Below, one piece after another: positions 27,366 through 37,085 of a stretch of DNA of 64,000 bases. How positions within the stretch are numbered: position 1 is the first letter of the stretch; every line of letters starts with the position of its first letter. The stretch is from IMG/VR virus record IMGVR_UViG_3300027759_000045, positions 1 to 64,000 of that record. One strand, given 5' to 3'. Made by a program: the position numbers and the translations under genes. The notes beneath the pieces were generated by a model. That model was not told the origin of the DNA. It made no database searches and was given only the letters and a program-made list of their open reading frames with translations.

Positions 27366-27973
27366 ACGTAAGATTACAATACTCCGTTGACTTCTTGGCA
27401 GGATGTTACTTTGATGGCACACTCAGAATGAACAACTACACTGTTCGTTTATGGATGATGACCACCACAATGGATGGCGAAAGTCATAATGTTGCGTTTG
27501 ATCGCATCAAGTTCTTCATTGCCGACTCGTTAGATTCAAGTGTGTTTATCAATGGCAGCAACGAAGAGCAGTGTAAACTGTTGGCCAATGCTGGTGTTAA
27601 AATTACCACATTACCGGATGAACCAGTTGACCAACTGATTGGTATTATGCTATACTGCAAACTAAATGCCATTTGCGAGGATCGCATGGTTATTGGCGAA
27701 GTTGAAGTCAGTAGTGAACTCGGTGGCGGAGTAACTTACATGCACAGTGACGAAGAGCCCATTGGTCCTTATGATCAAAAGGGCTGGTGGCACGACGCCA
27801 ACTTGATGCACTATAATAACAAGATATCCGAAACAGAAAACATCATGAGTTTAGGCGCTATCTCATCCTGGAGAGAACTAGAATTACAATGGCCCGAAGA
27901 CGACGCCCCTGTTTCTGAGGACACTGGTAACACTATTGTGTTTGTTAATTTTAATAAAGATGAAACAAAATAA
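27362..27973 (+). CDS. Hypothetical protein, possibly degenerate QueD/PTPS T-fold
   Basis: Spacing pattern F.A..N.Y.V..F..IK..LD..F.N..P..I..Y..L; no His ligands. Confidence 0.4.
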   Translation: MNVRLQYSVDFLAGCYFDGTLRMNNYTVRLWMMTTTMDGESHNVAFDRIKFFIADSLDSSVFINGSNEEQCKLLANAGVKITTLPDEPVDQLIGIMLYCKLNAICEDRMVIGEVEVSSELGGGVTYMHSDEEPIGPYDQKGWWHDANLMHYNNKISETENIMSLGAISSWRELELQWPEDDAPVSEDTGNTIVFVNFNKDETK

Positions 27974-28469
27974 CGTTGGTGAGTTAATTTACACAGAAGA
28001 AGATGTATGCGATCTTGTAATGAAAGGTCACACGCCTGTGGAACTCAGCGGAATGATTGTTGATTCCACTGTGGAATTAACATATCTAACTGAACTGTTG
28101 GATCCGGTGCCGCAGTGGTTTCTTGAGCAAGAACATATCAATCCTGCAGAGTTCCATGCACAGCAACAGGCCGTATGGCACATGCCCGAGCAGTATCAGA
28201 GCATGGACATTGCGGCACATGTACTGGGATTGTGCAGTACAGAAGCAGAACTGCAACGTTGTGGCAAAGAGTTGCTACTGTATCAAGAACGTGATCTGTT
28301 TGACCTGCTACGTTTTATGGTGTATATAGTTGACACAATGACTGAACACCGGATAATATGGGGTGTCGGACGTGGATCCAGTGTGGCCAGTTATGTACTG
28401 TACAAATTACAGGTACACCGAATCGACAGCATGTACTATAATTTAGATGTGGAAGAGTTTCTACGTTAA
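27960..28469 (+). CDS. DNA polymerase III alpha (DnaE) fragment
   Basis: R...EL...L.F..Y, WGVGRGSSVASYVLY.L..HRID...Y.L..EEFL; stops before the PDxDxD motif. Confidence 0.8.
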   Translation: MKQNNVGELIYTEEDVCDLVMKGHTPVELSGMIVDSTVELTYLTELLDPVPQWFLEQEHINPAEFHAQQQAVWHMPEQYQSMDIAAHVLGLCSTEAELQRCGKELLLYQERDLFDLLRFMVYIVDTMTEHRIIWGVGRGSSVASYVLYKLQVHRIDSMYYNLDVEEFLR

Positions 28470-28496
28470 ATATATGTATATTTCAAAGGAATAGTT

Positions 28497-29066
28497 ATGG
28501 CACAAAAAATATATAAATCGGCTATGGGGCGTGTGGTTGACATCGGAGCACTGATGTTAGAAAACGAAAATGTCCGTGCAGTTGGCAACATGAATGTTAA
28601 TGCTCGTGGTGACACACTGGACAGTGCTAACCGCGTGATTGAGTCCAAGACTAAACAGGTACAAAAACACTATCAGAAACAAAGCACAAACACATCAGCA
28701 ATGGAGCCCACTACCAGCACAATAGTTGCCAAAAAACAACAGGCAGAAAAAGCCAAGATTAAGAAACGCAAAGAAAAGGTTGTAAGTGATTCAGTGTTGG
28801 ATGTATACAATGATGAGCGGTTAGTATCTGTGCATGATAAGACTCAGCCAGACCCTGTTGAAGTTGAAGAAATTCCAGAAATTGAATCATTAGAAGAACT
28901 TGCAGAACTAGAAGCTGTTGTTCCAGAACTAGCACAAGAACCCGCAAAAACTATTCCACGCGGCGGCCTGGCAGCTGCCATTGCCAAAGCACAAACAGTC
29001 AAACAAGAACTACTTACCACACCACGTCAAATGGCACAAAACAAGCCAGGCGTCAACAAAATCTAA
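28497..29066 (+). CDS. Hypothetical late protein
   Basis: AVGNMNVNARGD motif; TAAATA upstream. Confidence 0.7.
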   Translation: MAQKIYKSAMGRVVDIGALMLENENVRAVGNMNVNARGDTLDSANRVIESKTKQVQKHYQKQSTNTSAMEPTTSTIVAKKQQAEKAKIKKRKEKVVSDSVLDVYNDERLVSVHDKTQPDPVEVEEIPEIESLEELAELEAVVPELAQEPAKTIPRGGLAAAIAKAQTVKQELLTTPRQMAQNKPGVNKI

Positions 29067-29075
29067 GAGGAATCA

Positions 29076-29468
29076 ATGAACAAAGCCGCATTTGCACCAT
29101 ATAAATTATCAGCTGACAGTCTCGAGCCATTGAGAGATGCAGTGATTGTGAGAGACATGTCGTTTGACATGCGTCAAACATCCGCGGGTATTGTGTTATT
29201 AAACGACAACGGAACAGGACTAGGTATCCGTCCACGCTGGGCACAGGTCTATGCGGTTGGCCCAGAGCAACAGGATGTTCGGCCCGGTGACTGGATCTGC
29301 GTGGCCCACGGTCGTTGGACACGTGGAATTGAAATTGACGACAACGGTACTGAACGCACCATCCGACGAGTTGATCCCGGTGACATTTTACTAGTGTCAG
29401 ATGAACAGCCGCAAGATGACACAATGAGCACAGCCGAACATGTGGAATCCAAGCATAGATTTGCATAA
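29076..29468 (+). CDS. groES: GroES-like co-chaperonin
   Basis: LEPLRDAVIV, TSAGIVL mobile loop, VYAVGP..V.PGD. Confidence 0.8.
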   Translation: MNKAAFAPYKLSADSLEPLRDAVIVRDMSFDMRQTSAGIVLLNDNGTGLGIRPRWAQVYAVGPEQQDVRPGDWICVAHGRWTRGIEIDDNGTERTIRRVDPGDILLVSDEQPQDDTMSTAEHVESKHRFA

Positions 29469-29947
29469 TGATTTTCAATCACATCAAAGAACTAAAAGCT
29501 CAAGGCAAAAAGATTGGTATCACTTTCAGTACCTTTGATATGTTGCATGCCGGGCATGTTGCTATGCTGAGTGAAGCAAAGAATCATTGTGATTATCTAA
29601 TCTGTGGACTGCAAACAGATCCCACAATCGATCGCCCCGACACCAAAAACAAACCTATTCAAAGTATTGTAGAACGTCAAATTCAATTGGCCGCTTGCCG
29701 TTATGTAGACGAAGTTGTTGTGTACCAAACTGAACAGGATCTAATTGACTTACTGTTAATTCTTCCTTTGGATGTGCGTATACTGGGTGTAGAATATCAA
29801 GACCAAGAGTTCACTGGAAGATACGAAGGCAGCGAACGAGGTATCGAACTGGTGTTTAACGGTCGCGATCATTCTTTTTCATCAAGCAGTCTCCGCAAAC
29901 GTGTGGCAGCTGCCGAAACATTTAAAGCATTAACTGCTCCAAACTAG
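29468..29947 (+). CDS. Cytidylyltransferase (TagD-like)
   Basis: TFDMLHAGH, SIVER, YVDEV, FSSSSLR. Confidence 0.85.
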   Translation: MIFNHIKELKAQGKKIGITFSTFDMLHAGHVAMLSEAKNHCDYLICGLQTDPTIDRPDTKNKPIQSIVERQIQLAACRYVDEVVVYQTEQDLIDLLLILPLDVRILGVEYQDQEFTGRYEGSERGIELVFNGRDHSFSSSSLRKRVAAAETFKALTAPN

Positions 29948-30007
29948 TAGACACACATCGCCACAGATGTTATAATTGTCAACAATGAAACAACAAATTG
30001 CAATAAC

Positions 30008-30928
30008 ATGAAACAACTCTGGACAGAAAAATATAGACCAAATGTAGTCAGCGATTATGTGTTTATTGATGATAACCATAAGCAACAAGTGGCAGCCTGG
30101 ATTACAGACGGAACCATTCCGCATTTGATGTTTTCGGGCGGTCCTGGCACAGGAAAAACCACCTTGGCCAAAGTGTTGATCAACGAACTGGGCATAGACG
30201 AGTATGATGTACTGTATGCCAATGGTAGTAAAGAAGCACGTAAAGTTGAATGGGTTGACAAACTGATCAGTTTCTGTCAGACCATGCCATTTGGCAAGTT
30301 CAAGGTGGTACTGATTGACGAAGCAGACTACATGAATCCCAACTCAGTGCAACCGGCCATGCGTAACTTGATGGAAGACTACAGTCACAGTGTGCGTTTT
30401 ATTTTAACGTGCAACTATCCCAACAAGATTTTGCCGCCAATACATAGTCGTTGTCAGCATATTGCTATTCCCAAAACTGATCACACAGAGTTCACTGCCC
30501 GGGCGGCCACTGTGTTGGTCACAGAAGGTGTGGAGTTTGACATTGACACACTAGACAGCTATGTCAAAGCCACTTATCCGGATCTGCGCAAGTGTTTGAA
30601 TCTGACACAGCAAAACAGTCAAACTGGCACACTGTTGGCACCCAGTGTAGGCGATAGGTCAGTGGGTGACTGGAAGTTGGACTGTGTAGGCCTGTTCAAA
30701 ACAGGCCGGATCCGTGAAGCACGTACACTGCTGTGTCAACAAAGCACTCCGGAAGAAGCAGATGTCACATTCCGTTGGATGTACGACAATCTTGATCTGT
30801 GGAGCCAGGATGTTGAAAAACAAGACCAGGCAATTATCATTATTCGTAATGGCATAGCCAACATTCCTTTGGTAGCAGATCAAGAAATTAATTTAAGTGC
30901 AACATTGATTGAATTGGCAAACTTATGA
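30008..30928 (+). CDS. Clamp loader AAA+ subunit (RFC/gp44-like)
   Basis: WTEKYRP, GGPGTGKT, IDEAD, FILTCNY, SRC. Confidence 0.92.
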   Translation: MKQLWTEKYRPNVVSDYVFIDDNHKQQVAAWITDGTIPHLMFSGGPGTGKTTLAKVLINELGIDEYDVLYANGSKEARKVEWVDKLISFCQTMPFGKFKVVLIDEADYMNPNSVQPAMRNLMEDYSHSVRFILTCNYPNKILPPIHSRCQHIAIPKTDHTEFTARAATVLVTEGVEFDIDTLDSYVKATYPDLRKCLNLTQQNSQTGTLLAPSVGDRSVGDWKLDCVGLFKTGRIREARTLLCQQSTPEEADVTFRWMYDNLDLWSQDVEKQDQAIIIIRNGIANIPLVADQEINLSATLIELANL

Positions 30929-31197
30929 GATACCTGATCCTTACCTACTATAAAAAAGCCAATGGTCAAACTGACGAAGTTATGACTGTGGCCACAAGAT
31001 TAAAAACAAACGACATTCAAACTGCCAGTGTGATTTTAGATTTCAAACTGCTCCGAGTTGAAAAGTGCAGTATGAATGGTGTTCAAGTTCCTAGAGTTTG
31101 GGACACTGTTGTAAGTTATTATTACCAGCACTATGCCAATATTATCGAACGCTTGTTCAATGAAAATGGCCATCCAATTGATATAAAATCAGACTAA
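30925..31197 (+). CDS. Hypothetical protein
   Basis: Coupled ORF. Confidence 0.6.
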   Translation: MRYLILTYYKKANGQTDEVMTVATRLKTNDIQTASVILDFKLLRVEKCSMNGVQVPRVWDTVVSYYYQHYANIIERLFNENGHPIDIKSD

Positions 31198-31198
31198 T

Positions 31199-31903
31199 AT
31201 GAAATTTCATCAAACCGAATCATTTAAAAATTTAAACAATTATAAAGGCATGCGACTTAATTTTGAATTGTTGCTAATCTTTAAATTGATCAAATATTTT
31301 AAATTAAATAAAATTTTAGAGATAGGGTTTAGGCAAGGAAAATCATTTGGTGCAATGATAGAAGCCACTAATGATGTTGGTGATCTAACCGCAGTTGACA
31401 TTGTAATGGATCGAACATTGTATGATAAAATATATCATTGTAGTTCAATTATTAATAATAAAAAAATCAATTTAGTAACTATGCCAAGCTCAGACTTTGT
31501 TGACCATCCTGCCTCGTATGATTTTATCAATGTTGACGGTGATCACACCATGCCGCAGGTGCTAGATGATATAATTATGTCATCCAAACTGATCAAACAA
31601 AATGGTATAATTATGGTTGACGATTATAGAGTACCCGATGTTAACATAGCAATTGATAAGTTTTTAACATTGAATACTGATTTTGTTCCATTTTTAATAG
31701 ACGAACAGGCTATATTTTTTCATCATACATCACACAACGCTTCTGATTTTTTGGACATTGAATTGGAAAAGATATTTTCATCATTTGCTTCGTTGGACAA
31801 TATTACATATAAATCATTTATAGTTAAAAAAATCAAATGTTTACCAGCAGTAACAACACATGAGGATATCTTTTCATTAATCTGCCAACGCTACAATTTA
31901 TAG
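31199..31903 (+). CDS. Class I SAM methyltransferase (Methyltransf_24-like), AT-rich
   Basis: ILEIG...G.S, DFINVDGDH, GIIMVDDY. Confidence 0.8.
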   Translation: MKFHQTESFKNLNNYKGMRLNFELLLIFKLIKYFKLNKILEIGFRQGKSFGAMIEATNDVGDLTAVDIVMDRTLYDKIYHCSSIINNKKINLVTMPSSDFVDHPASYDFINVDGDHTMPQVLDDIIMSSKLIKQNGIIMVDDYRVPDVNIAIDKFLTLNTDFVPFLIDEQAIFFHHTSHNASDFLDIELEKIFSSFASLDNITYKSFIVKKIKCLPAVTTHEDIFSLICQRYNL

Positions 31904-31913
31904 GTGTTTTTAA

Positions 31914-31945
31914 CGGTTGACCATTAATTCCATTTCTAGTATAAT
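31914..31945 (+). promoter_or_regulatory. Sigma70 promoter related to the 11975/12216 repeats
   Basis: cggTTGACC-17nt-TATAAT. Confidence 0.75.
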
Positions 31946-31951
31946 AATAAT

Positions 31952-32557
31952 ATGAAGAAATACAAAAATTTAGATAAAGTAATCTTAGCCGATTGTGATG
32001 GTGTGTTGTTAGATTGGGAATGGGCGTTTAATGTTTGGATGCAGGAACACGGATTTGAAGAAGTTCCGGGTAGTAAACTCAACTATGACATGTCAATGCG
32101 ATATGGCATACCCAAAGAGCAGGTTAAAAAATTAATACGCTTGTTCAACGAATCGGCCGCAATTGGCTTTTTGCCTGCACTGCGTGATGCCATGTACTAT
32201 GTTAAACGACTGCATGAAGAACACGGATTTAGATTTCACTGTATCACCAGTTTGAGTCTAGATCCCAATGCACAAAAACTTCGTGAAATGAATCTAAACA
32301 AACTGTTTGGAACATCGGCATTTGAACGTATTGTGTGCTTGGACACTGGAGCCGACAAAGATGAAGTGCTACAAGAATATGAAGGTACTGGGTGTTACTG
32401 GCTTGAAGACAAAATTGAAAATGCCGAAGCCGGATACCGCGCAGGATTAAGGAGCCTTCTGGTAGAGCACGGACATAACATGCACCACTACCATGAAGGC
32501 ATCACAACTGTTAAAAACTGGAAAGAAATTTACCAGTTAATAACTGATCAAGAGTAA
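31952..32557 (+). CDS. HAD-family nucleotidase-like protein
   Basis: LADCDGVLLDW; WLEDK..NA. Confidence 0.8.
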   Translation: MKKYKNLDKVILADCDGVLLDWEWAFNVWMQEHGFEEVPGSKLNYDMSMRYGIPKEQVKKLIRLFNESAAIGFLPALRDAMYYVKRLHEEHGFRFHCITSLSLDPNAQKLREMNLNKLFGTSAFERIVCLDTGADKDEVLQEYEGTGCYWLEDKIENAEAGYRAGLRSLLVEHGHNMHHYHEGITTVKNWKEIYQLITDQE

Positions 32558-33279
32558 AGTTTTAACACTGAACCAATGATAGCATGACGTTGAACATCTC
32601 TTGCTTCCATTGGGCACACTGCAATACCCTCCACATCTTGACGATCTAACTTGACACACAGATCCAGTAGGCCGTTGTTACTGCCCGGACGGTCAGTTTG
32701 TTCCACATCGCCTGTGACCACAATCTTACTGCCTACACCAATGCGTGTCATCAGCATTTTCATCTGATTAGGCGTGGCGTTCTGCATTTCGTCAGCAATG
32801 ATCCAACTGTGCTTGAACGTGCGCCCACGCATGAATGCCAAGGGTGATATTTCTATCAGTTGATTTTCAATCATGGCAGCTATGTCCTGTGGACGATAGG
32901 TCTCACGTAGCACATCTATCAGGGGTCTGGTCCAGGGTTCCATTTTCTGGTTAAGGTCCCCGGGTAGGAATCCATGTGATTCATCCTCTACGCCCACCGC
33001 CGGGCGTGTTAATACTATACGTTCGCAGGTGCCTTCTTTAAGGGCTTTTACTGCGGCTTGCATGGCTAGATAGGTTTTGCCAGTGCCTGCCGGTCCTGCT
33101 GTTACTACGATGTGTTGGTGTTCATCCAACAACGCTAACACAAGTCGTTCTTGATTGCGAGTCCGTGGCACAAGTGCAATCGCTTTTGGGCGATGATACT
33201 GTTGTGCCTGGGAAAAATCAATTGTGTTTTCTACTTGTGCCATACGTTTCTGTGCTTTTGCGGCTCTTTGTCTGCTCAA
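32548..33279 (-). CDS. phoH: PhoH-family ATPase
   Basis: GPAGTGKT, LTRP, GFLPG, FMRGRT, DEMQN, TGD..Q.D. Confidence 0.93.
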   Translation of the reverse strand: MSRQRAAKAQKRMAQVENTIDFSQAQQYHRPKAIALVPRTRNQERLVLALLDEHQHIVVTAGPAGTGKTYLAMQAAVKALKEGTCERIVLTRPAVGVEDESHGFLPGDLNQKMEPWTRPLIDVLRETYRPQDIAAMIENQLIEISPLAFMRGRTFKHSWIIADEMQNATPNQMKMLMTRIGVGSKIVVTGDVEQTDRPGSNNGLLDLCVKLDRQDVEGIAVCPMEARDVQRHAIIGSVLKLYS

Positions 33280-33455
33280 GGTACTTCTCCAAAGTTGAGG
33301 GTTTTGTCTGACAGCAACATGCTGTCCTGAGTATTTAGGCTATAACTTTTTGAATTCTCTGGGCGGTGATAACGGACTTTTACGGCATAAGTATTAGGCT
33401 AACCGAGACACAATTCCAAAATACCCCACACAGTGTCAATGCCATAAATAACTGT

Positions 33456-34046
33456 ATGGATTTAGCAGACGAAAAAGTATTCAAAGACGGTTCAGATTAC
33501 TGGCAAGTGGCAGAGAACATCCGCGACATTTACATGTCAGAAGGAAGTTTGCTGACCTTGTTGGATTTTGAGCGTGTTATTGACGAACTAGACTTATACG
33601 CATTTCAAAACTGGGCGATCGGCGAACTAGTGGCTGGACCAGACATTGGCAAATACACAGTGACTTGTGTGTTCATGTGGCCCGAAAAGCGCATGCCCGA
33701 TCCACGTGGCGCACGTAGATTGCTGCCGTTTGACTGCACAGTAAAGTTCAAGAAAACCACAATGAAAGTGCCGGTAAAGATCGAAACACCCAGTGACTAT
33801 CGTCCCGGCACACACAAAGCAAGAATAATGGAACAGAAGATTTGGCTGGTGGAAATTACCATGCCAAAGAGTCTGATGAGTGATATCCGCACAGGATCCA
33901 TAGAACTGGAAGATCAAGACATTGATCTAGCAGACCTAGATGATGCCTACGAACAAGACATTGATCAGGATGAATACCAAAATGACCAGCAAGCACAAAA
34001 TGCACAAGACAACCTTTCCCAACAGCCTCAGCAACCTGCTGTCTGA
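33456..34046 (+). CDS. Hypothetical late protein
   Basis: TAAATA-5nt-ATG; DFERVIDE, MPDP.G motifs. Confidence 0.7.
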   Translation: MDLADEKVFKDGSDYWQVAENIRDIYMSEGSLLTLLDFERVIDELDLYAFQNWAIGELVAGPDIGKYTVTCVFMWPEKRMPDPRGARRLLPFDCTVKFKKTTMKVPVKIETPSDYRPGTHKARIMEQKIWLVEITMPKSLMSDIRTGSIELEDQDIDLADLDDAYEQDIDQDEYQNDQQAQNAQDNLSQQPQQPAV

Positions 34047-34566
34047 AAGCCTTAATTACAAGGACCTAGAAGGCTTGATGAAGCCCACTATTCACGTTGA
34101 CGAGTTTAGCAGTAAAATGGGCGACGATGACGACATTATTGTTGTGAGTTTCTTTGTGCGTGATCCACAAGCAGCCAAGGATCTAATGGCCTGGTTTGAA
34201 AAGGGCTATGACTTTGTGCTGGACGCAGACAAGAGCCCCGGAGAAGTCAAACCCAATCGTTACCTAGTATACGTGGAAATACGTCGTCGTAGCACAGCAG
34301 GTCAGCATGTAGAAACCTTATTGAATGATCTAAACACTTTAACAGAGTATGAGCCAGATGACTGGACCATGCACTACAAAGGTGACTCTGTGCCGTTCAG
34401 CAGAGATACATTTGACAGTACAGTTCCCACCAGCCCCAAGGCCTACAGAGAACGCTACGAAAAAGATCTCAACGAAGTACGTGTGTCAGCCGGACTGCCT
34501 TACAAGCAGATCTATGAAACTGACGCAGAACTAAAATCCCTACAAACAGCCGCCGGCCTGCGTTAA
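34000..34566 (+). CDS. Hypothetical protein
   Basis: IHVDEFSSKMG.DDD, FEKGY.FVLDAD; start uncertain. Confidence 0.65.
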   Translation: MHKTTFPNSLSNLLSESLNYKDLEGLMKPTIHVDEFSSKMGDDDDIIVVSFFVRDPQAAKDLMAWFEKGYDFVLDADKSPGEVKPNRYLVYVEIRRRSTAGQHVETLLNDLNTLTEYEPDDWTMHYKGDSVPFSRDTFDSTVPTSPKAYRERYEKDLNEVRVSAGLPYKQIYETDAELKSLQTAAGLR

Positions 34567-34604
34567 TTTACGCCCTGCTCCGTAAAGTAGGTATATAACT
34601 ACCT

Positions 34605-35327
34605 ATGAATTTAAAAAGTTTTGGTTGCAGTTTTATCTTTGGCACGGAACTAAGTGACGATGGACAAAACAATCGATACGCCCGATACGTCCGAGACAAC
34701 GGCGTCTGGCGAGGTTGTCCTGTTGGCAGTCGACTAACATGGCCTGCACACCTGGCTACTCACCTTGGGTACAAATATCTAACTTATTCACGCCCTGGCA
34801 GCGGTAATCTGCAAATTGCAGAACGAGTGCTGTCACATTTGACCACCAATGAACAGGCATTTTTTGTGATTGGGTGGACATACATAGATCGGTTTGATTA
34901 CGTTGATGCTGCTACTTCCAATGGCTTCCCAGGTACACCATGGTCAACACTTATGCCAGTTGATACTACAGATATAGCAGCCGCATACTATAAAAACTTA
35001 CATTCTGAAATACGAGATAAACTAACAACACTTATGAGTATCCGATTGGTTATTGATGCACTTAAACAAAAAAGTTGCCCATTTATAATGACCTACATAG
35101 ATGATCTCATGTTTGATACTCAATGGAATACCTCTCCTGCAATTACAGATTTACAAGACTATATTCGTCCACACATGACCACATTCGAAGGATTAAACTT
35201 TCAGGCATGGAGCAAAAAGAATGGACACGCTATAACTGATATAGGGCATCCATTGGAATCAGCACATCGTGCCGCAGGCGAGTTAATGATCAAAGTTTTT
35301 GATACACAAAATACAATCGATCGTTAG
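34605..35327 (+). CDS. SGNH/GDSL-like protein
   Basis: FGCSF..G, WP, GSGN, GHP...AH. Confidence 0.55.
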   Translation: MNLKSFGCSFIFGTELSDDGQNNRYARYVRDNGVWRGCPVGSRLTWPAHLATHLGYKYLTYSRPGSGNLQIAERVLSHLTTNEQAFFVIGWTYIDRFDYVDAATSNGFPGTPWSTLMPVDTTDIAAAYYKNLHSEIRDKLTTLMSIRLVIDALKQKSCPFIMTYIDDLMFDTQWNTSPAITDLQDYIRPHMTTFEGLNFQAWSKKNGHAITDIGHPLESAHRAAGELMIKVFDTQNTIDR

Positions 35328-36015
35328 CGTCTTTCTTGAACGTTTCCAGTCGAAGATTATACTTTTCAGCAAAGTCGTTTACTACTTCAAATGTCCAGGG
35401 AAATATTTCCACATAAGGACCTGTGCGGTGTGTGATGCCTGGGTTAGCACGTAAAAAGAACTTGCCATCTGTTTTTAACAAATCTACACAATGACTGAAT
35501 CTAGCTTCAATTTCATCACGTGAGTTGAAGTTAATTGACCCCAGTGCCAAGATAACATCGTACTGATGTTTTACTCGGTACTCTAGAATGTCTACTTCAT
35601 AGTCTGCGCAGTTATTATATGGATCAATACCAACCAGATTTGTGATACGGCCTTTGAATGGATGGTATCCGCAACCAACATCTAGCACACGTTCTGGGTT
35701 CAGCTTGTTGATTTCTTCTACCAGTTCCCAGCCCGAATGTTCGTATTCGCCGGTTCTGGGTTTCCATATTTCGCCAAAGAACCGTAGTATGTAACGCTCA
35801 TTAAGATCATCCACAATACTTCTTACGGTACCTACATAATCGCAGGATAGACTTAGTTCTGCTTCCACAGCGTCCTTGAACTTGCGATAACGTGCAGGTG
35901 TCCAAGGCAGGGCCTGTACCTGAGTATCTGCATCAATTGTGATATCGGCGTACTTGGGCAGGCTAAAAGAGTCCTGCAAATTTTTGCAGATTAGGTTAAA
36001 AATTTTGGTGTTCAT
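35290..36015 (-). CDS. Class I SAM methyltransferase with small helical N-terminal domain
   Basis: VLDVGCG, GIDP, YDVILALGSINF. Confidence 0.75.
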   Translation of the reverse strand: MNTKIFNLICKNLQDSFSLPKYADITIDADTQVQALPWTPARYRKFKDAVEAELSLSCDYVGTVRSIVDDLNERYILRFFGEIWKPRTGEYEHSGWELVEEINKLNPERVLDVGCGYHPFKGRITNLVGIDPYNNCADYEVDILEYRVKHQYDVILALGSINFNSRDEIEARFSHCVDLLKTDGKFFLRANPGITHRTGPYVEIFPWTFEVVNDFAEKYNLRLETFKKDANDRLYFVYQKL

Positions 36016-36107
36016 AGAAAAATTTAATAAATAAAGTAGAATTTTTAACAAACCAGCAAATTATTTGCCAGGCGTTTAAAAATCAAGCATACTATTTAAG
36101 GAACTAT

Positions 36108-37085
36108 ATGTCAATCAAAAAATTATTTGCTGTGCTATTATTAGCACCTGCCCTGGCGTTTGCTTGGGAACCCACAAAGCCTGTCACTGTGTATATTGGT
36201 AACACACCCGGTGCTGGCAATGAAATGGCCTTTCGGAAACTGGCTGATATTGTACAAAAATCCAACCCTAAATTTGTTTATGTTGTGCAGAACATACCCG
36301 GTGCTGATAGTGTCATTGCCAACAACCGGTTTTTGGAAGTGGCCAATGATGGCTACACCATCAACTTGCCCAGCCATATGTCAAGCTATGTGACAAATGA
36401 TATCTGGGAAAAGTCGATTAAAAAGTACAACTACGACAGCTTCGTGGATGTGTTGACCATGGGCAAAAGCCCACTGGTATTAGTTGCCAGTCCTCGAAGC
36501 GGCATTAACACTCCGCAGGAGTTTGCAAAGTATATTCAATCAGGTAGAACAATCAACATTGCCATTGGTGGTGGCGCACATCGCACAGCGTTTGAATACT
36601 TGATGGACAAAGGTCGTGGCAACAAAGACACTGTAAAACCGATCAAATTCAATGGTCCAATGCCAGCAGTGACCAGTGCCGCAAGCTATGACGGCAAAAC
36701 AGGCACAGAATTTGCCATCATACCTATTGCAGTGGCCAAAGCACTAGTAGATGCTGGTAAGGTCAAACCAATTGGATTCACTGGCACACAGAAAATGTCG
36801 CAGTTTCCCACGGTTCCATTGCTTAATACAATAGCACCAGGCATCAATGTATATGCGGCCTGGTCAATTCAATTGCCGCCTGGCACAGATCGAGAAATTG
36901 TTGCCTGGTATCAACAACAATTTAGTCGTGCAGTTCGTTCAGCAGAATACAAAGAGTACACGGATGCCAATGTTATATTCTACGTGGAAGATGAATTAAC
37001 TCCTGCAGGGCTAAAGCGTCACATGGACGATTTAAGAGCTGCCTTTATTCCTGTACTGAGTCGAATTGATTTAAATAAAGAATGA
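36108..37085 (+). CDS. Bug/TctC-family periplasmic solute-binding protein
   Basis: Signal peptide, P.KPV, NIPGA, DGYT, PLVLV, P.VP, W...LPPGT. Confidence 0.85.
   Translation: MSIKKLFAVLLLAPALAFAWEPTKPVTVYIGNTPGAGNEMAFRKLADIVQKSNPKFVYVVQNIPGADSVIANNRFLEVANDGYTINLPSHMSSYVTNDIWEKSIKKYNYDSFVDVLTMGKSPLVLVASPRSGINTPQEFAKYIQSGRTINIAIGGGAHRTAFEYLMDKGRGNKDTVKPIKFNGPMPAVTSAASYDGKTGTEFAIIPIAVAKALVDAGKVKPIGFTGTQKMSQFPTVPLLNTIAPGINVYAAWSIQLPPGTDREIVAWYQQQFSRAVRSAEYKEYTDANVIFYVEDELTPAGLKRHMDDLRAAFIPVLSRIDLNKE

Noticed and set aside
27960-29066. Split intein or frameshift continuing dnaE into the next ORF
   Set aside because: No intein-like sequence; the downstream ORF has its own TAAATA and SD and no polymerase motifs
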